This document shows, piece by piece, positions 19,525 to 28,766 of a stretch of DNA of 64,000 nt. This DNA comes from Candidatus Eiseniibacteriota bacterium (GTDB lineage: Bacteria; Eisenbacteria; RBG-16-71-46): assembly GCA_044223005.1 (NCBI GenBank), contig JBGAML010000018.1, positions 32,001-96,000 of the forward strand, read 5' to 3'. How positions within the stretch are numbered: the first letter of the stretch is position 1; each line of letters begins with the position of its first letter. Position numbers and translations under genes: made by a program. The notes beneath the pieces were generated by a model that ran no database searches, had not been told where the DNA came from, and worked only from the letters and a program-made list of their open reading frames with translations.

Positions 19525-19611
19525 TCAGGACGCCTTTCCGCGCATGGCGCAGGGACCACGGCCCGTGCGGGCGTGGTGCCGATGCGCATGATGGCGGAGG
19601 ACGTTCGACAT
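19525..19611 (-). CDS. hisL: His-rich leader peptide MSNVLRHHAHRHHARTGRGPCAMRGKAS (28 aa)
   Basis: Manual translation gives 5 His codons within 7 codons. It lies directly upstream of the terminator and hisG and is too short for the ORF track. Confidence 0.85.
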   Translation of the reverse strand: MSNVLRHHAHRHHARTGRGPCAMRGKAS

Positions 19612-19620
19612 GGTCGCTCG

Positions 19621-19650
19621 ATCTTATCGGCAGGCGACGCGTCGGGACAA
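19621..19650 (-). promoter_or_regulatory. Putative his operon promoter
   Basis: Minus strand TTGTCC, 18-nt spacer, TAAGAT, ending 9 nt before the leader ATG. Confidence 0.6.
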
Positions 19651-19766
19651 GGACTTTCATCCGCACCCGCATGATTCGCGGTCCGCAGCAGGCTCGCCGC
19701 GCGGCACCGGGTCCGCCCGGGGCCGCTCGACGCCTGCGCGCGCGCGGATGTAACGTACGTGCCGCC

Positions 19767-20558
19767 ATGAACACGTCCCGCTCGCTCACGACCGCCGTCG
19801 CCGCCCGCATTCCCTACGCCAACTGCGCGCCCTTCTACGCCCTCTGGGCCGATGCCCCGTTCGCGGTGCGGAACCTCGAGCCGCGTGAACTCGGGCGCGA
19901 GGCCGAAGCCGGGACCGTCGACCTGGGCGTGATGGCGGCCGGCGACTGGTTCCGGATGAAGGATCGCTTCGAGCTGCTGGCGCCGATGGGCGTCGCCGCG
20001 CGCGGTCCCGTGCAGTCGGTGCTGCTCTTCTCCAAGCGTCCGGCCTCGGCGCTCGAAGGCGCGCGCATTTCCGTCACGCCGGTGACTTCGACGTCCGTGC
20101 GGCTGCTGCACCTGCTGCTCGACGTCCGCCGCGACTTCAAGGACGTGCGCTACGTGCGCGGGCTCGAGCCGTCGCAGGCCGACGCGCTGCTCATGATCGG
20201 CGACCAGGCGATGCGCATGCGCAAGCGGCTGCCCGAGGGCTTCACGCACGTCATGGACCTCGGCGAGGACTGGCACGCGTGGACGGCGCTGCCGTTCGTC
20301 TACGCGGTCTGGGTCGTGCGCTCGTCGCTGGACGAGGCCGTGAAGGCGGAGATGCGCGCGTTTCTCGAGGCGTCGCTCGCCGCCGGGCTCGCGTCGCTGC
20401 CCGAGGTGGCGCGCCGCACCACCGATCCCGGCTGGACCGCCGACGAGACCGAGCGCTACCTGCGGCAGTTCCACTACCGCTTCGGGCCCGAGGAGTTGGA
20501 AGGCCTGGCGCGGTTCGAGTCGCTCGTCCGCGAACACGGGTTGCTGGTCGTCGACTGA
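19767..20558 (+). CDS. mqnA: Chorismate dehydratase MqnA
   Basis: [37 protein letters not shown]...[10 protein letters not shown]. Confidence 0.9.
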   Translation: MNTSRSLTTAVAARIPYANCAPFYALWADAPFAVRNLEPRELGREAEAGTVDLGVMAAGDWFRMKDRFELLAPMGVAARGPVQSVLLFSKRPASALEGARISVTPVTSTSVRLLHLLLDVRRDFKDVRYVRGLEPSQADALLMIGDQAMRMRKRLPEGFTHVMDLGEDWHAWTALPFVYAVWVVRSSLDEAVKAEMRAFLEASLAAGLASLPEVARRTTDPGWTADETERYLRQFHYRFGPEELEGLARFESLVREHGLLVVD

Positions 20559-20640
20559 CGGGGCAACCCCGGCCGGGCGCGGTTCGTATTCCTTCCCGAG
20601 CGCCGCGTTCGCGCGCGCCGTCCCCACCCGAGGAGATGCG

Positions 20641-21441
20641 ATGAGCACGATGCATGAAGTGGACTACGAGATCCTGGGCGACGACCTGCAGTTCGTGAAG
20701 ATCGAGCTCGACCCGAACGAGGCCGTGGTCGGCGAAGCCGGCGCCATGATGTACATCGAAGACGGCATCCAGATGCAGACCATCTTCGGCGACGGTTCGC
20801 AGCAGCAGGGCGGCCTGATGGGCGCGCTGCTCGGCGCCGGCAAGCGCCTGCTGACGGGCGAATCGCTGTTCATGACCGTGTTCCAGAACCAGGGCAGCGT
20901 GAAGCGCAAGGCGGCATTCGCCGCGCCCTACCCGGGCAAGATCGTGGCGATCCATCTCGCGGAGGTCGGCGGCGAGCTGCTCGCGCAGAAGGACTCGTTC
21001 CTCGTCGCCGCCAAGGGCGTGAGCCTCGGCATCGCGTTCACCAAGCGCTTCGGCGCCGGACTGTTCGGCGGCGAAGGCTTCATCCTCGAACGGCTGCAGG
21101 GCGACGGCTGGGCGTTCGTGCACGCCGGCGGCACGCTCGAGGAGCGCACGCTCGCCGCGGGCGAGACGCTGCGCGTCGACACGGGCTGCATCGTGGCGAT
21201 GACGCCGAACGTCGACTATGACATCCAGCTCGCGGGCGGGATCAAGACCGTGCTGTTCGGCGGCGAGGGCCTGTTCTTCGCCACGCTGCGCGGTCCCGGC
21301 AAGGTGTGGCTGCAGTCGCTGCCGTTCTCGCGCCTCGCGAGCCGCATCTACGCGGCCGCGCCGCAGACCGGCGGCCGGCGCGTGGGCGAAGGCTCGCTCC
21401 TCGGCGGCCTCGGCAACCTGCTCGACGGCGACGGGCAGTAA
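20641..21441 (+). CDS. TIGR00266/AIM24-family protein
   Basis: [48 protein letters not shown]. Confidence 0.9.
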   Translation: MSTMHEVDYEILGDDLQFVKIELDPNEAVVGEAGAMMYIEDGIQMQTIFGDGSQQQGGLMGALLGAGKRLLTGESLFMTVFQNQGSVKRKAAFAAPYPGKIVAIHLAEVGGELLAQKDSFLVAAKGVSLGIAFTKRFGAGLFGGEGFILERLQGDGWAFVHAGGTLEERTLAAGETLRVDTGCIVAMTPNVDYDIQLAGGIKTVLFGGEGLFFATLRGPGKVWLQSLPFSRLASRIYAAAPQTGGRRVGEGSLLGGLGNLLDGDGQ

Positions 21442-21463
21442 CCGACGGCACGACGCGAAAGCG

Positions 21464-21498
21464 ACGGGCCCGCGCTCCGACGAGGAGCGCGGGCCCGT
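21464..21498 (+). terminator. Intrinsic terminator-like hairpin
   Basis: ACGGGCCCGCGCTCC-GACGA-GGAGCGCGGGCCCGT followed by TCGCGT. Confidence 0.65.
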
Positions 21499-21781
21499 TC
21501 GCGTACGGGCTAATTAGACGTCACTCCGCACACATTTCCGAGCGCCGTCCGAATCGCATCACGTTCCGGGCAGGCGGTCGTTTCGCGCTGAAGAACTTCG
21601 AGGGCGAATTCGCCGGGCGAACCCGTGCCGGGTGACGATATTCCTCGACGTTCCGAATGCATCGCGGGACGATTCGCTCCGTCGACTGGCCCCGCTCGAC
21701 TTCCTGCGTACGGTCCCCCCCAATCGACCTCGCATTGTGGTTCACCCCCATTGAGTCCCCCACAATGTTTCGGAGGTCGTC

Positions 21782-24700
21782 ATGCGTTACCCGCCGAAGG
21801 CGAGGCGCTCGTTCCGAGCGTGCTCGTTCGCCTTGATCGCGTGCGTGTCCCTCGCGGTCGCCGCCAGTGCACAAACCTACCCCGTCTTCCATCCATATCG
21901 TCCCAGTGGTCCGCATGGGCACCGGGACATCGAGTTCCAGTGGAGCGATTCCTACCGTATCGCCCGCGGTGGTGGCGCGCCGATCACGCCTGCGGAGGCG
22001 CGCACCATGGACCGGCTCGCACAGACGATGTGCGAAGACTATTCCAATCCGATCGGCAGCCAGATGTCGGACGTGGAGCTCGTGTTCAACTACTTCTTCC
22101 CGTTCGGCGACGTTTACGACCGGAATCCCGCATCTCCCGTCGGCATTCGCGAAGCGTGGCTCTATGGCGCCGGCTATTCGGTGCAACCTCTGGCCGGGGA
22201 CACCACGCACATCGATGTCTACATCTACGCTCCCGGGGACCTTGATCAGGGTGGCTACAGCTACACGGTCGGCATGTGTCCTTCGGCGTATTCCAGCGCC
22301 ACCGAGGACACGAGCACTGGGCACGCCGCGGATCCCGCGGACATCTTCCACTGGAACTCGATCATGGTGCCGGGCCCGTATCCGTCACAGTCCATCGACA
22401 CGACGGGGACCGGGTGGACGATTGGCGATCGAGGTGTCAATGCAGCGGCCCTGCACGAGTACGCGCACAGTTTCAATCAGCTGATGCTGATTGACGGTCA
22501 GGGCAGGATGATCACTTTCATGGCCGGCGCCGGCACCAACGAGCTGTTCTCGAGCGCCGCCGAACAGCTGGTCGGGCAGAAGGACTCGCCGACCGCCTGG
22601 GGCACGTTTGAAGTTCCCTACACGTGGCCGCTGCTCGTCGTGAACCGCAACAAGACCACGGATGGATGCCTCGACACGTGGACGCCTTCGGTCAATTACC
22701 AGAACTGGCGTTCGTTCGCCGCATACCTGCTCTACAACTTCCGCGGAGCAGATACGACGGGCACGCTCCAGGGGCTCCGGGACGATCTCTTCTACAGGTG
22801 GACGCACGCGACCCCCACGGCCTTCGTCGCCTTCGGCAGCACGGATACCAGCCTCTTCTACAACAGAACGATGCCGTATCTGGGGACGATCCTCGCGGAT
22901 TCCAGCTGCCTGACTTGCGCAGGACGCTCCTACTTCCATCCGGGCGGACAATCTCTTCCGCCGAATGATCGCCTGGGGCTGTTGCTCCACAATTGGCGAA
23001 CGGCGAGCTACGTCAACAGCTCGACGCTGGCCGAAGGGCAGTACGGGTTCCCTCCGCAGTTCGGGTTCTCGCCGGCGAGCAACCTGCTCGCCTGGCACAG
23101 CGTGGACGGCTGCTCCCCGGACGACGCGATCTCGGTACCACCCAACGTCGTCATGTCGAGGACCGGGGCAAACCGCCAGAGGCTGTTCAGTCACTTCCGG
23201 TCTGGTGCGCTTTCGGGTGGAGGCTCCACGACGTATCCGATGGCGATCTATCACACGGGGGCGGAGTACTGGACGGTGCGCGCCGATGCGAGCCTCGCCA
23301 ACAACGGCCCCCACTCCCTGGTCGTCAAGGTGGGCGCCGATTCGACGTGGCGGCGCCGCTACGTCCGCAATGCCAACCTTCCGGACTCGCTCGTTCGGGA
23401 GGGGGAGTTGCGACTCGTCGCATCGGTCGTCGGATACACCACTGCAGGCCTGACGGATTCGCTCTGGCGGCATCCGGAATGGGCGACGTACGCCGCAGCG
23501 CCCCAATGGGTCGACCTCGACAGTCTCGAGCGCAACATCAGCCTGACGCTGCCCAACTTCGGAACTACCTACAAGGCCGCGCTGGTCGTGGTCACGGTCG
23601 CCACCGGCCGACATGGGGATCCCAACTTCGACCCCGTGGACAACTGGTACGAGAACTCGACGAAGTGGGTCCCGTATCGAGTGGCCTTCGCGGTTTCCGA
23701 CGGCTCCACGCTTCCCAGTGAACCCACGATCGTCGCTTCGGAGGCAACCGCGTCCGAGAGTGCCCCCAGCTGGAGTCCGTCGAACGCCGACGTGGCCTAC
23801 GTGCGTACGGCATCCGGCGGGGTGCCGCAGGTCTACCGCAAGCCGATCGTCGGCGGGACCGCGACGGCGGTGTTCGCGACCGCCGAGGAGCAGCACGATC
23901 CCGACTGGTCGCCGCGCGGAGACGTGATCGTATTTGCGCGCGGGAACACGACCGCCTACAGCCCGGCGACCGAACTCTGGCTCGCTGCGCTGAACGGAAC
24001 GGCCAGCGCCATCACCAACGATGGCGGCTGGAAGCGTTCGCCCGTCTTCAACCACAACGGCCGCACGATCGCCTACGCCGCCCGGTTCACGTACGCCATG
24101 CCGCAGGGCGGCCAGGAACAGCGCTGGGGTATCTGGACGATTGGTGTGGATGGCAGTGCGCGGACGCAGGTCGTCCAGAGCGCATTCGGGAACCCGATCA
24201 CGACGGTTCGGTGGTCGCCCGATGGGACCAGCATCTGGTTCAACTCGGCCGACTCGATCTACGTGGTGACGCCCTCGACCGGAGCGGTGGTCAACCGCAC
24301 CGGAAGGCTGCCCGTCGGCGTGCAGTCGTTCGATCATCCCCGTTCGGGCGGGCCGATCGCGATCGAGCAGCCGGGCTCCAAACTCTGGTTCTACCGGGGC
24401 AGCCTGAAGCTCGCCGAGAACTACCGGCGCATCGCGCTCCAGGACACTACGCTCGCGGACAGCGATCCGTTCCTCTACCAGCGCGGGAACGCGTTCTACT
24501 CCCCGCGGTGGTCGATCGACGGCACCAAGGTGGCCTACGCCTCGGGTCCGCTGGGCGGCGACCTCAACGTCAGCGTCGGCACGGCGAGGACGAACCATGC
24601 GCCCGCGATGACGGCGGGGTCGTACGCGGACAGCGACCAGCTCGCGACCTGCAGCCTGTTTCAGCGCACGCTCTCCGCGACCGACGCCGATGGCGACGCG

Positions 24701-25231
24701 GTCACGTACGAGCTGCTGCACAAGCCCGGCGGCATGTCGATCGCTGGCGGCAACCTCCTCAAGTGGATCCCGAACTCGAGCCAGGTGGGAGATTGGTACG
24801 TCACGTTGCGTGCCAAGGACGGCAACGGTGGCGTGGACCAGAAGGTCATGCACTTCTTCGTCGGCGACTACCCCGAGATCTGCAGCTGTCCGCGCTACCC
24901 GTACTGCTATCCCGCGGGCGCGCAGCCGGTGACGGAGAACTCCGACATCCCCGTCGCGTTCGGGCTCTCGCAGAACCAGCCGAATCCGTTCCACGACCCG
25001 ACCACGATCCGGTTCGCGCTGCCGTCGTCGTCGCACGTGCGGCTCGAGATCTTCGACCTGCTCGGCCGGCGCGTGCGCACGCTCGTCGATGCGGACCTGC
25101 CGGCGGCGTTCCACTCGCGCCAGTGGGACCTGCGGACGGATCACGGTGATCTCGTGCGGCCGGGCATCTACATGTACCGGATGGTCGCGGGCGACTTCCG
25201 CGACCAGAAGAAGATGCTGCTCGTTCCGTAG
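21782..25231 (+). CDS. Large secreted modular protein: HExxH gluzincin-like domain, TolB/PD40 propeller, Ig-like domain, FlgD/T9SS-A-like tail
   Basis: Signal peptide, LHEYAH...NELFS, repeated P.WSP.G motifs, ATDADGDAVTY..P.GM.I (Ig), QNQPNPF...FDLLGRRV...GIY tail. GGAGGT RBS. Confidence 0.8.
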   Translation: MRYPPKARRSFRACSFALIACVSLAVAASAQTYPVFHPYRPSGPHGHRDIEFQWSDSYRIARGGGAPITPAEARTMDRLAQTMCEDYSNPIGSQMSDVELVFNYFFPFGDVYDRNPASPVGIREAWLYGAGYSVQPLAGDTTHIDVYIYAPGDLDQGGYSYTVGMCPSAYSSATEDTSTGHAADPADIFHWNSIMVPGPYPSQSIDTTGTGWTIGDRGVNAAALHEYAHSFNQLMLIDGQGRMITFMAGAGTNELFSSAAEQLVGQKDSPTAWGTFEVPYTWPLLVVNRNKTTDGCLDTWTPSVNYQNWRSFAAYLLYNFRGADTTGTLQGLRDDLFYRWTHATPTAFVAFGSTDTSLFYNRTMPYLGTILADSSCLTCAGRSYFHPGGQSLPPNDRLGLLLHNWRTASYVNSSTLAEGQYGFPPQFGFSPASNLLAWHSVDGCSPDDAISVPPNVVMSRTGANRQRLFSHFRSGALSGGGSTTYPMAIYHTGAEYWTVRADASLANNGPHSLVVKVGADSTWRRRYVRNANLPDSLVREGELRLVASVVGYTTAGLTDSLWRHPEWATYAAAPQWVDLDSLERNISLTLPNFGTTYKAALVVVTVATGRHGDPNFDPVDNWYENSTKWVPYRVAFAVSDGSTLPSEPTIVASEATASESAPSWSPSNADVAYVRTASGGVPQVYRKPIVGGTATAVFATAEEQHDPDWSPRGDVIVFARGNTTAYSPATELWLAALNGTASAITNDGGWKRSPVFNHNGRTIAYAARFTYAMPQGGQEQRWGIWTIGVDGSARTQVVQSAFGNPITTVRWSPDGTSIWFNSADSIYVVTPSTGAVVNRTGRLPVGVQSFDHPRSGGPIAIEQPGSKLWFYRGSLKLAENYRRIALQDTTLADSDPFLYQRGNAFYSPRWSIDGTKVAYASGPLGGDLNVSVGTARTNHAPAMTAGSYADSDQLATCSLFQRTLSATDADGDAVTYELLHKPGGMSIAGGNLLKWIPNSSQVGDWYVTLRAKDGNGGVDQKVMHFFVGDYPEICSCPRYPYCYPAGAQPVTENSDIPVAFGLSQNQPNPFHDPTTIRFALPSSSHVRLEIFDLLGRRVRTLVDADLPAAFHSRQWDLRTDHGDLVRPGIYMYRMVAGDFRDQKKMLLVP

Positions 25232-25245
25232 CCCCGTCGCAGCGG

Positions 25246-25283
25246 ACGGCCGCCCTCGCGTCGCGGGGGCGGCCGTTCCGTTT
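25246..25283 (+). terminator. Intrinsic terminator
   Basis: ACGGCCGCCCTCGC/GCGGGGGCGGCCGT stem followed by TCCGTTT. Confidence 0.6.
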
Positions 25284-25583
25284 CACGCTCCTGCGCCCGG
25301 CGTGCATTCCGCACGCATGCGGCGGGACGCGAGGGTGCTTCTCGAATCGCGAATGGTGATTTCGCCGAGTCCCGGGCGCGCTCCGTGGCACGCGCCGCGC
25401 GAGCGCGTCGCGCACGCGTTGCGGCGCAACGGCCTGCGCGTGGCGCGGGATTTCCCCCAGCGGAGTGGGCGACGTTGCACAGCGCACGGAACGCTTCCCG
25501 GCGCGGGCGAAGACCCCCATAGACTTCTCTTCGTCAGGCCGGGCCGCACGCCCCTCGGGCGGTCCGGCCACGAGGGGGAGGCC

Positions 25584-26534
25584 ATGCACCGCACCGATTC
25601 GATCCGACTTCTCGCCGTTCTCCTGGCGCTCGCCATCGGCGCGCCGGCCGCGTACGCCACGCGCGAACTCGCGTACGACAACGATACCGATGCCATGGTG
25701 CCGGGTGCCGCGACCACCGATCGCAACTACACTTTCGGCGCCCGCGCGGCGTGGTTCGGGGCGCCCGGTGTCCTGCCGCGCGCCGTGCGCGGCCTCGCCC
25801 GCCGCATCAACGGCGCGGACGCGACGCCGCACGTCTCGCTGGCGATCGCGCAGGCGCTCTACACGCCCGACGCGCTTTCGAACCCGAACCCGATCGCGAA
25901 CGACCGGCCGTACGCGGCGTGGCTGCACGCCGACGCGACGGTCGCCGCGACGACGCCGACGCGCGCGCGCGCGCTCACGCTGACGCTCGGCGTAGTCGGC
26001 CCGTTCGCGCAGGGCGAAGAGGTGCAGGCGTGGTGGCATCGCCGCGAACACGTGCGGCTGCCGCGCGGCTGGCGCTGGCAGCTCGTCAACGAGCCCACGC
26101 TGGGCGTCGCGTTCGACGAGCGCTGGCGGCCGTGGGGCGCGCGGCGCCACGCGGACGTCGTGCCGCACGTGCGGCTCGCCGCGGGCAACGTGAGCACCGA
26201 GGCCGCCGCGGGCGCGACCGTGCGCCTCGGCTGGCTCGCCAACGACTTCGGTCCCGGTGCGCCGTCGGGCCCCGAGGCGGCCGTGCACGCGACGCGCGCG
26301 TACGTGTTCGCGCGGGCCGAGGGCCGCGCGGTCGCGCGCGACCTGTTCCTCGACGGCAACACGTTCGCGTCGGGGCCGAGCGTGCACCACGAGCCGTTCG
26401 TCGGCGAGGCGCAGGTCGGCGCCAGCCTGCACCGCGGCGCGCTGGGCGTCCGCTACACGTTCTCCTACACGACGCAGCAGTTCCGCGAGCGCGCCGACGC
26501 GCACGAGTACGGTTCGGTCGTCCTTTCGTTCTGA
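25584..26534 (+). CDS. LpxR/DUF2219-family outer-membrane beta-barrel (lipid A 3'-O-deacylase-like)
   Basis: Signal peptide, DND...DRNYTFG, QALYTP, DRPYAAWL, GVVGP, LFLDGN, C-terminal Phe. Confidence 0.82.
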   Translation: MHRTDSIRLLAVLLALAIGAPAAYATRELAYDNDTDAMVPGAATTDRNYTFGARAAWFGAPGVLPRAVRGLARRINGADATPHVSLAIAQALYTPDALSNPNPIANDRPYAAWLHADATVAATTPTRARALTLTLGVVGPFAQGEEVQAWWHRREHVRLPRGWRWQLVNEPTLGVAFDERWRPWGARRHADVVPHVRLAAGNVSTEAAAGATVRLGWLANDFGPGAPSGPEAAVHATRAYVFARAEGRAVARDLFLDGNTFASGPSVHHEPFVGEAQVGASLHRGALGVRYTFSYTTQQFRERADAHEYGSVVLSF

Positions 26535-26549
26535 GCCGCCGGCGCGGCG

Positions 26550-27284
26550 TCAGGCCTCGGCCGGCGCCGGCGCCGGCGTCGCGTCGGCCGCCGCGAAGAT
26601 GTGCCCGACCGCGTCGCCCGAGCCCAGGTCGATGAGCGCGTGCAGCGCGATGCCGGGCAGCAGCGAGCCGGTGCCGAGGTAGACGAGCGCCATCACCAGC
26701 CCGACGACGCCGGTCTTGAGCACGCCCGATCGGCCCTGGTACGCGTGCCCGAGTCCGAAGAGCGCGGAAGAGAGCACCGCCGCGATCCACGGCCCGGTCC
26801 ACGCGCCGATGAACCACATCAGGTAGCCGCGCGCGAGCAGTTCCTCGCAGAAGCCCGCGGTCAGCGACAACCCGCGAAACGCGCCGCGCTCGGCGGCGGT
26901 GTGCGGCGAGATGAGCGCGATGCCCGCGGGGAGCTTCGCCGCGTACGCGGCGAGCTTCTCTCGCGGCATGCGCGCGATCGCACGCGCCTGCACGACCATG
27001 CGCGCCGCGAGGAGGGCGACGAGCACGAGGGCCACGGCCAGCCGGACGCCGGCGGGGACGCTGAACCCGAGCGCCGCCCACGCGCGGCCCGAATGCCACC
27101 AGAGCGCGAGCGCCGCGAGCGCGAGCAGCCACTCGCTCGCCGCGATCGCGCCGTAGAAACGCATGCGTGCGCCGGGGTGGCCGGCGGCGATCGCTCGTCG
27201 GGACGCCGGAATCAACACGAAGTGGTCCCATGCGCCCCACGCGAGCAGGATGGTGACGAACACGAAATCCAGCAGGCCCGGCAT
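26550..27284 (-). CDS. CPBP (CAAX/Abi) intramembrane glutamic protease
   Basis: AGFCEELLARG, FGLGHAYQG, LHALID; hydrophobic. Confidence 0.9.
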   Translation of the reverse strand: MPGLLDFVFVTILLAWGAWDHFVLIPASRRAIAAGHPGARMRFYGAIAASEWLLALAALALWWHSGRAWAALGFSVPAGVRLAVALVLVALLAARMVVQARAIARMPREKLAAYAAKLPAGIALISPHTAAERGAFRGLSLTAGFCEELLARGYLMWFIGAWTGPWIAAVLSSALFGLGHAYQGRSGVLKTGVVGLVMALVYLGTGSLLPGIALHALIDLGSGDAVGHIFAAADATPAPAPAEA

Positions 27285-27493
27285 GCGTCCCTCCTCGGTG
27301 AGTGGCCGGCTCGCAGCATCGGCGTTCGCGCGCCGCCGTGCACGCGGCATTCGGCGAACGGAGGCGGATCGTCGGCCGCCGACGCCGGCGCGGGCCGCTC
27401 GACGGGCCGCCTCGGACGCGGGTATTCTCGCCGCCTTCCCAGACGTCATCGACGCGGCCGGCCGCGGCCGCCAGCAACGAGGAGTCCCGCACC

Positions 27494-28702
27494 GTGTGGT
27501 CCACCATCGAAGCCAAGATCCAGCGCGGCGAACGGCTGAACACCGAGGAAGGCGTCTACCTTCTCACCGACGCGCCGCTGCTCGAGATGGGCACGCTCGC
27601 GCAGGACGTGCGCGCGAAGAAGACGGATCCGAAGCTCGTCACGTACGTGATCGACACGAATCCGAACTACACCAACTGGTGCACGGTGGACTGTCACTTC
27701 TGCGCGTTCTACCGCAAGCCGGGCAAGCCCGCCGCGGACGGCTACACGCACGACGTCGAAGGCGTGATGCGCATGATGGAGCAGGCGCGCAGCGTCGGGG
27801 CGACCACGGTGCTGCTGCAGGGTGGCTTGAACCCCGAGATCCCGTGGTCGTTCTACACGGACATCGTGCGTGAGGCGCGCCGGCGTTATCCCGAGATCAT
27901 GCCGCACTTCTTCTCGGCGCCCGAGATCCACCAGATGGTGGCCGTGAGCGGTCTTTCGATCCGCGGCGTGCTCGAGGCGCTCTACGAGGCCGGCCAGCGC
28001 TCGCTGCCGGGCGGCGGCGCGGAGATCCTCGCGGCGCGCGTGCGCCAGCGCATCTCGGTCAAGAAGGGCGGGCCGGAGACCTGGCTCGAGGTGCACCGCG
28101 AGGCGCACCGCGTCGGCATGAAGTCGACCGCCACCATGATGTACGGCCACGTCGAGACGCCGGCCGAGATCGTGGAGCACCTCGACTACATCCGCGCCCT
28201 GCAGGACGAGACGCACGGCTTCACCGCGTTCGTGCCGTGGTCCTACAAGCGTGGCAACACGCCCATGGAATCCAAGGTGCCGCACATCGCGGGCGCGAAC
28301 ATGTACTTCCGCGTGCTCGCGGCGTCGCGGCTCTACCTCGACAACTTCGACCACATCCAGGCGACGTGGTTCAGCGAGGGCAAGAAGACCGGCCAGATCG
28401 CGCTGCATTTCGGCGCGGACGATTTCGGCGGCACGCTGTTCGAGGAGAACGTGCACCTCGCGACCGGGCACCACAACAAGACCACGATCGCCGAGATCGA
28501 GACGCTGATCCGCGAGTCGGGCTTCACGCCGGCCCAGCGCGACACGCTCTACGGGATCGTGAAGGTGAGCGAAGGGCCGGAGGCGCTGCAGAACCTGTCG
28601 GCCGAGGTGCCGCTGTTCGTCGAGAGCCTGCGCGAGCTGCCGGCCGAGTATCCGGCCCAGCTCGAGGGCGAGGAGCCGGGCTCGCTCGTGATGCCGAGCT
28701 GA
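27494..28702 (+). CDS. mqnC: Cyclic dehypoxanthinyl futalosine synthase MqnC (radical SAM)
   Basis: NPNYTNWCTVDCHFCAF, LLQGGLNP, SLPGGGAE, STATMMYGH, GADDFGGT..EENV. GAGGAG RBS before the GTG start. Confidence 0.88.
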   Translation: MWSTIEAKIQRGERLNTEEGVYLLTDAPLLEMGTLAQDVRAKKTDPKLVTYVIDTNPNYTNWCTVDCHFCAFYRKPGKPAADGYTHDVEGVMRMMEQARSVGATTVLLQGGLNPEIPWSFYTDIVREARRRYPEIMPHFFSAPEIHQMVAVSGLSIRGVLEALYEAGQRSLPGGGAEILAARVRQRISVKKGGPETWLEVHREAHRVGMKSTATMMYGHVETPAEIVEHLDYIRALQDETHGFTAFVPWSYKRGNTPMESKVPHIAGANMYFRVLAASRLYLDNFDHIQATWFSEGKKTGQIALHFGADDFGGTLFEENVHLATGHHNKTTIAEIETLIRESGFTPAQRDTLYGIVKVSEGPEALQNLSAEVPLFVESLRELPAEYPAQLEGEEPGSLVMPS

Positions 28703-28718
28703 CCCCGGCGGCAACGGA

Positions 28719-28748
28719 ACGGCCCGGCGCCTCGTGGCGCCGGGCCGT
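28719..28748. terminator. Hairpin between convergent genes
   Basis: ACGGCCCGGCGCC-TCGT-GGCGCCGGGCCGT. Confidence 0.6.
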
Positions 28749-28766
28749 CGTGTTCGGGGCGCGCGC

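Noticed and set aside
21505..21720. Possible known riboswitch, tRNA or attachment site before the atypical gene
   Set aside because: No recognisable aptamer, cloverleaf, flanking direct repeat or integrase.
25283..25583. Intergenic palindrome CGTTGCGGCGCAACG and ORF 25283-25726
   Set aside because: A single short palindrome in GC-rich DNA could be chance, and the ORF looks non-coding.
26550..27284. CPBP/Abi protein as phage defence or bacteriocin immunity
   Set aside because: A solitary gene with no bacteriocin or defence neighbours; the family is widespread.
1525..28702. Radical SAM genes as CofH (F420) or RiPP maturases
   Set aside because: Motifs and the presence of mqnA and mqnD fit MqnE/MqnC; there is no cofG/cofC/cofD, precursor peptide or SPASM domain.
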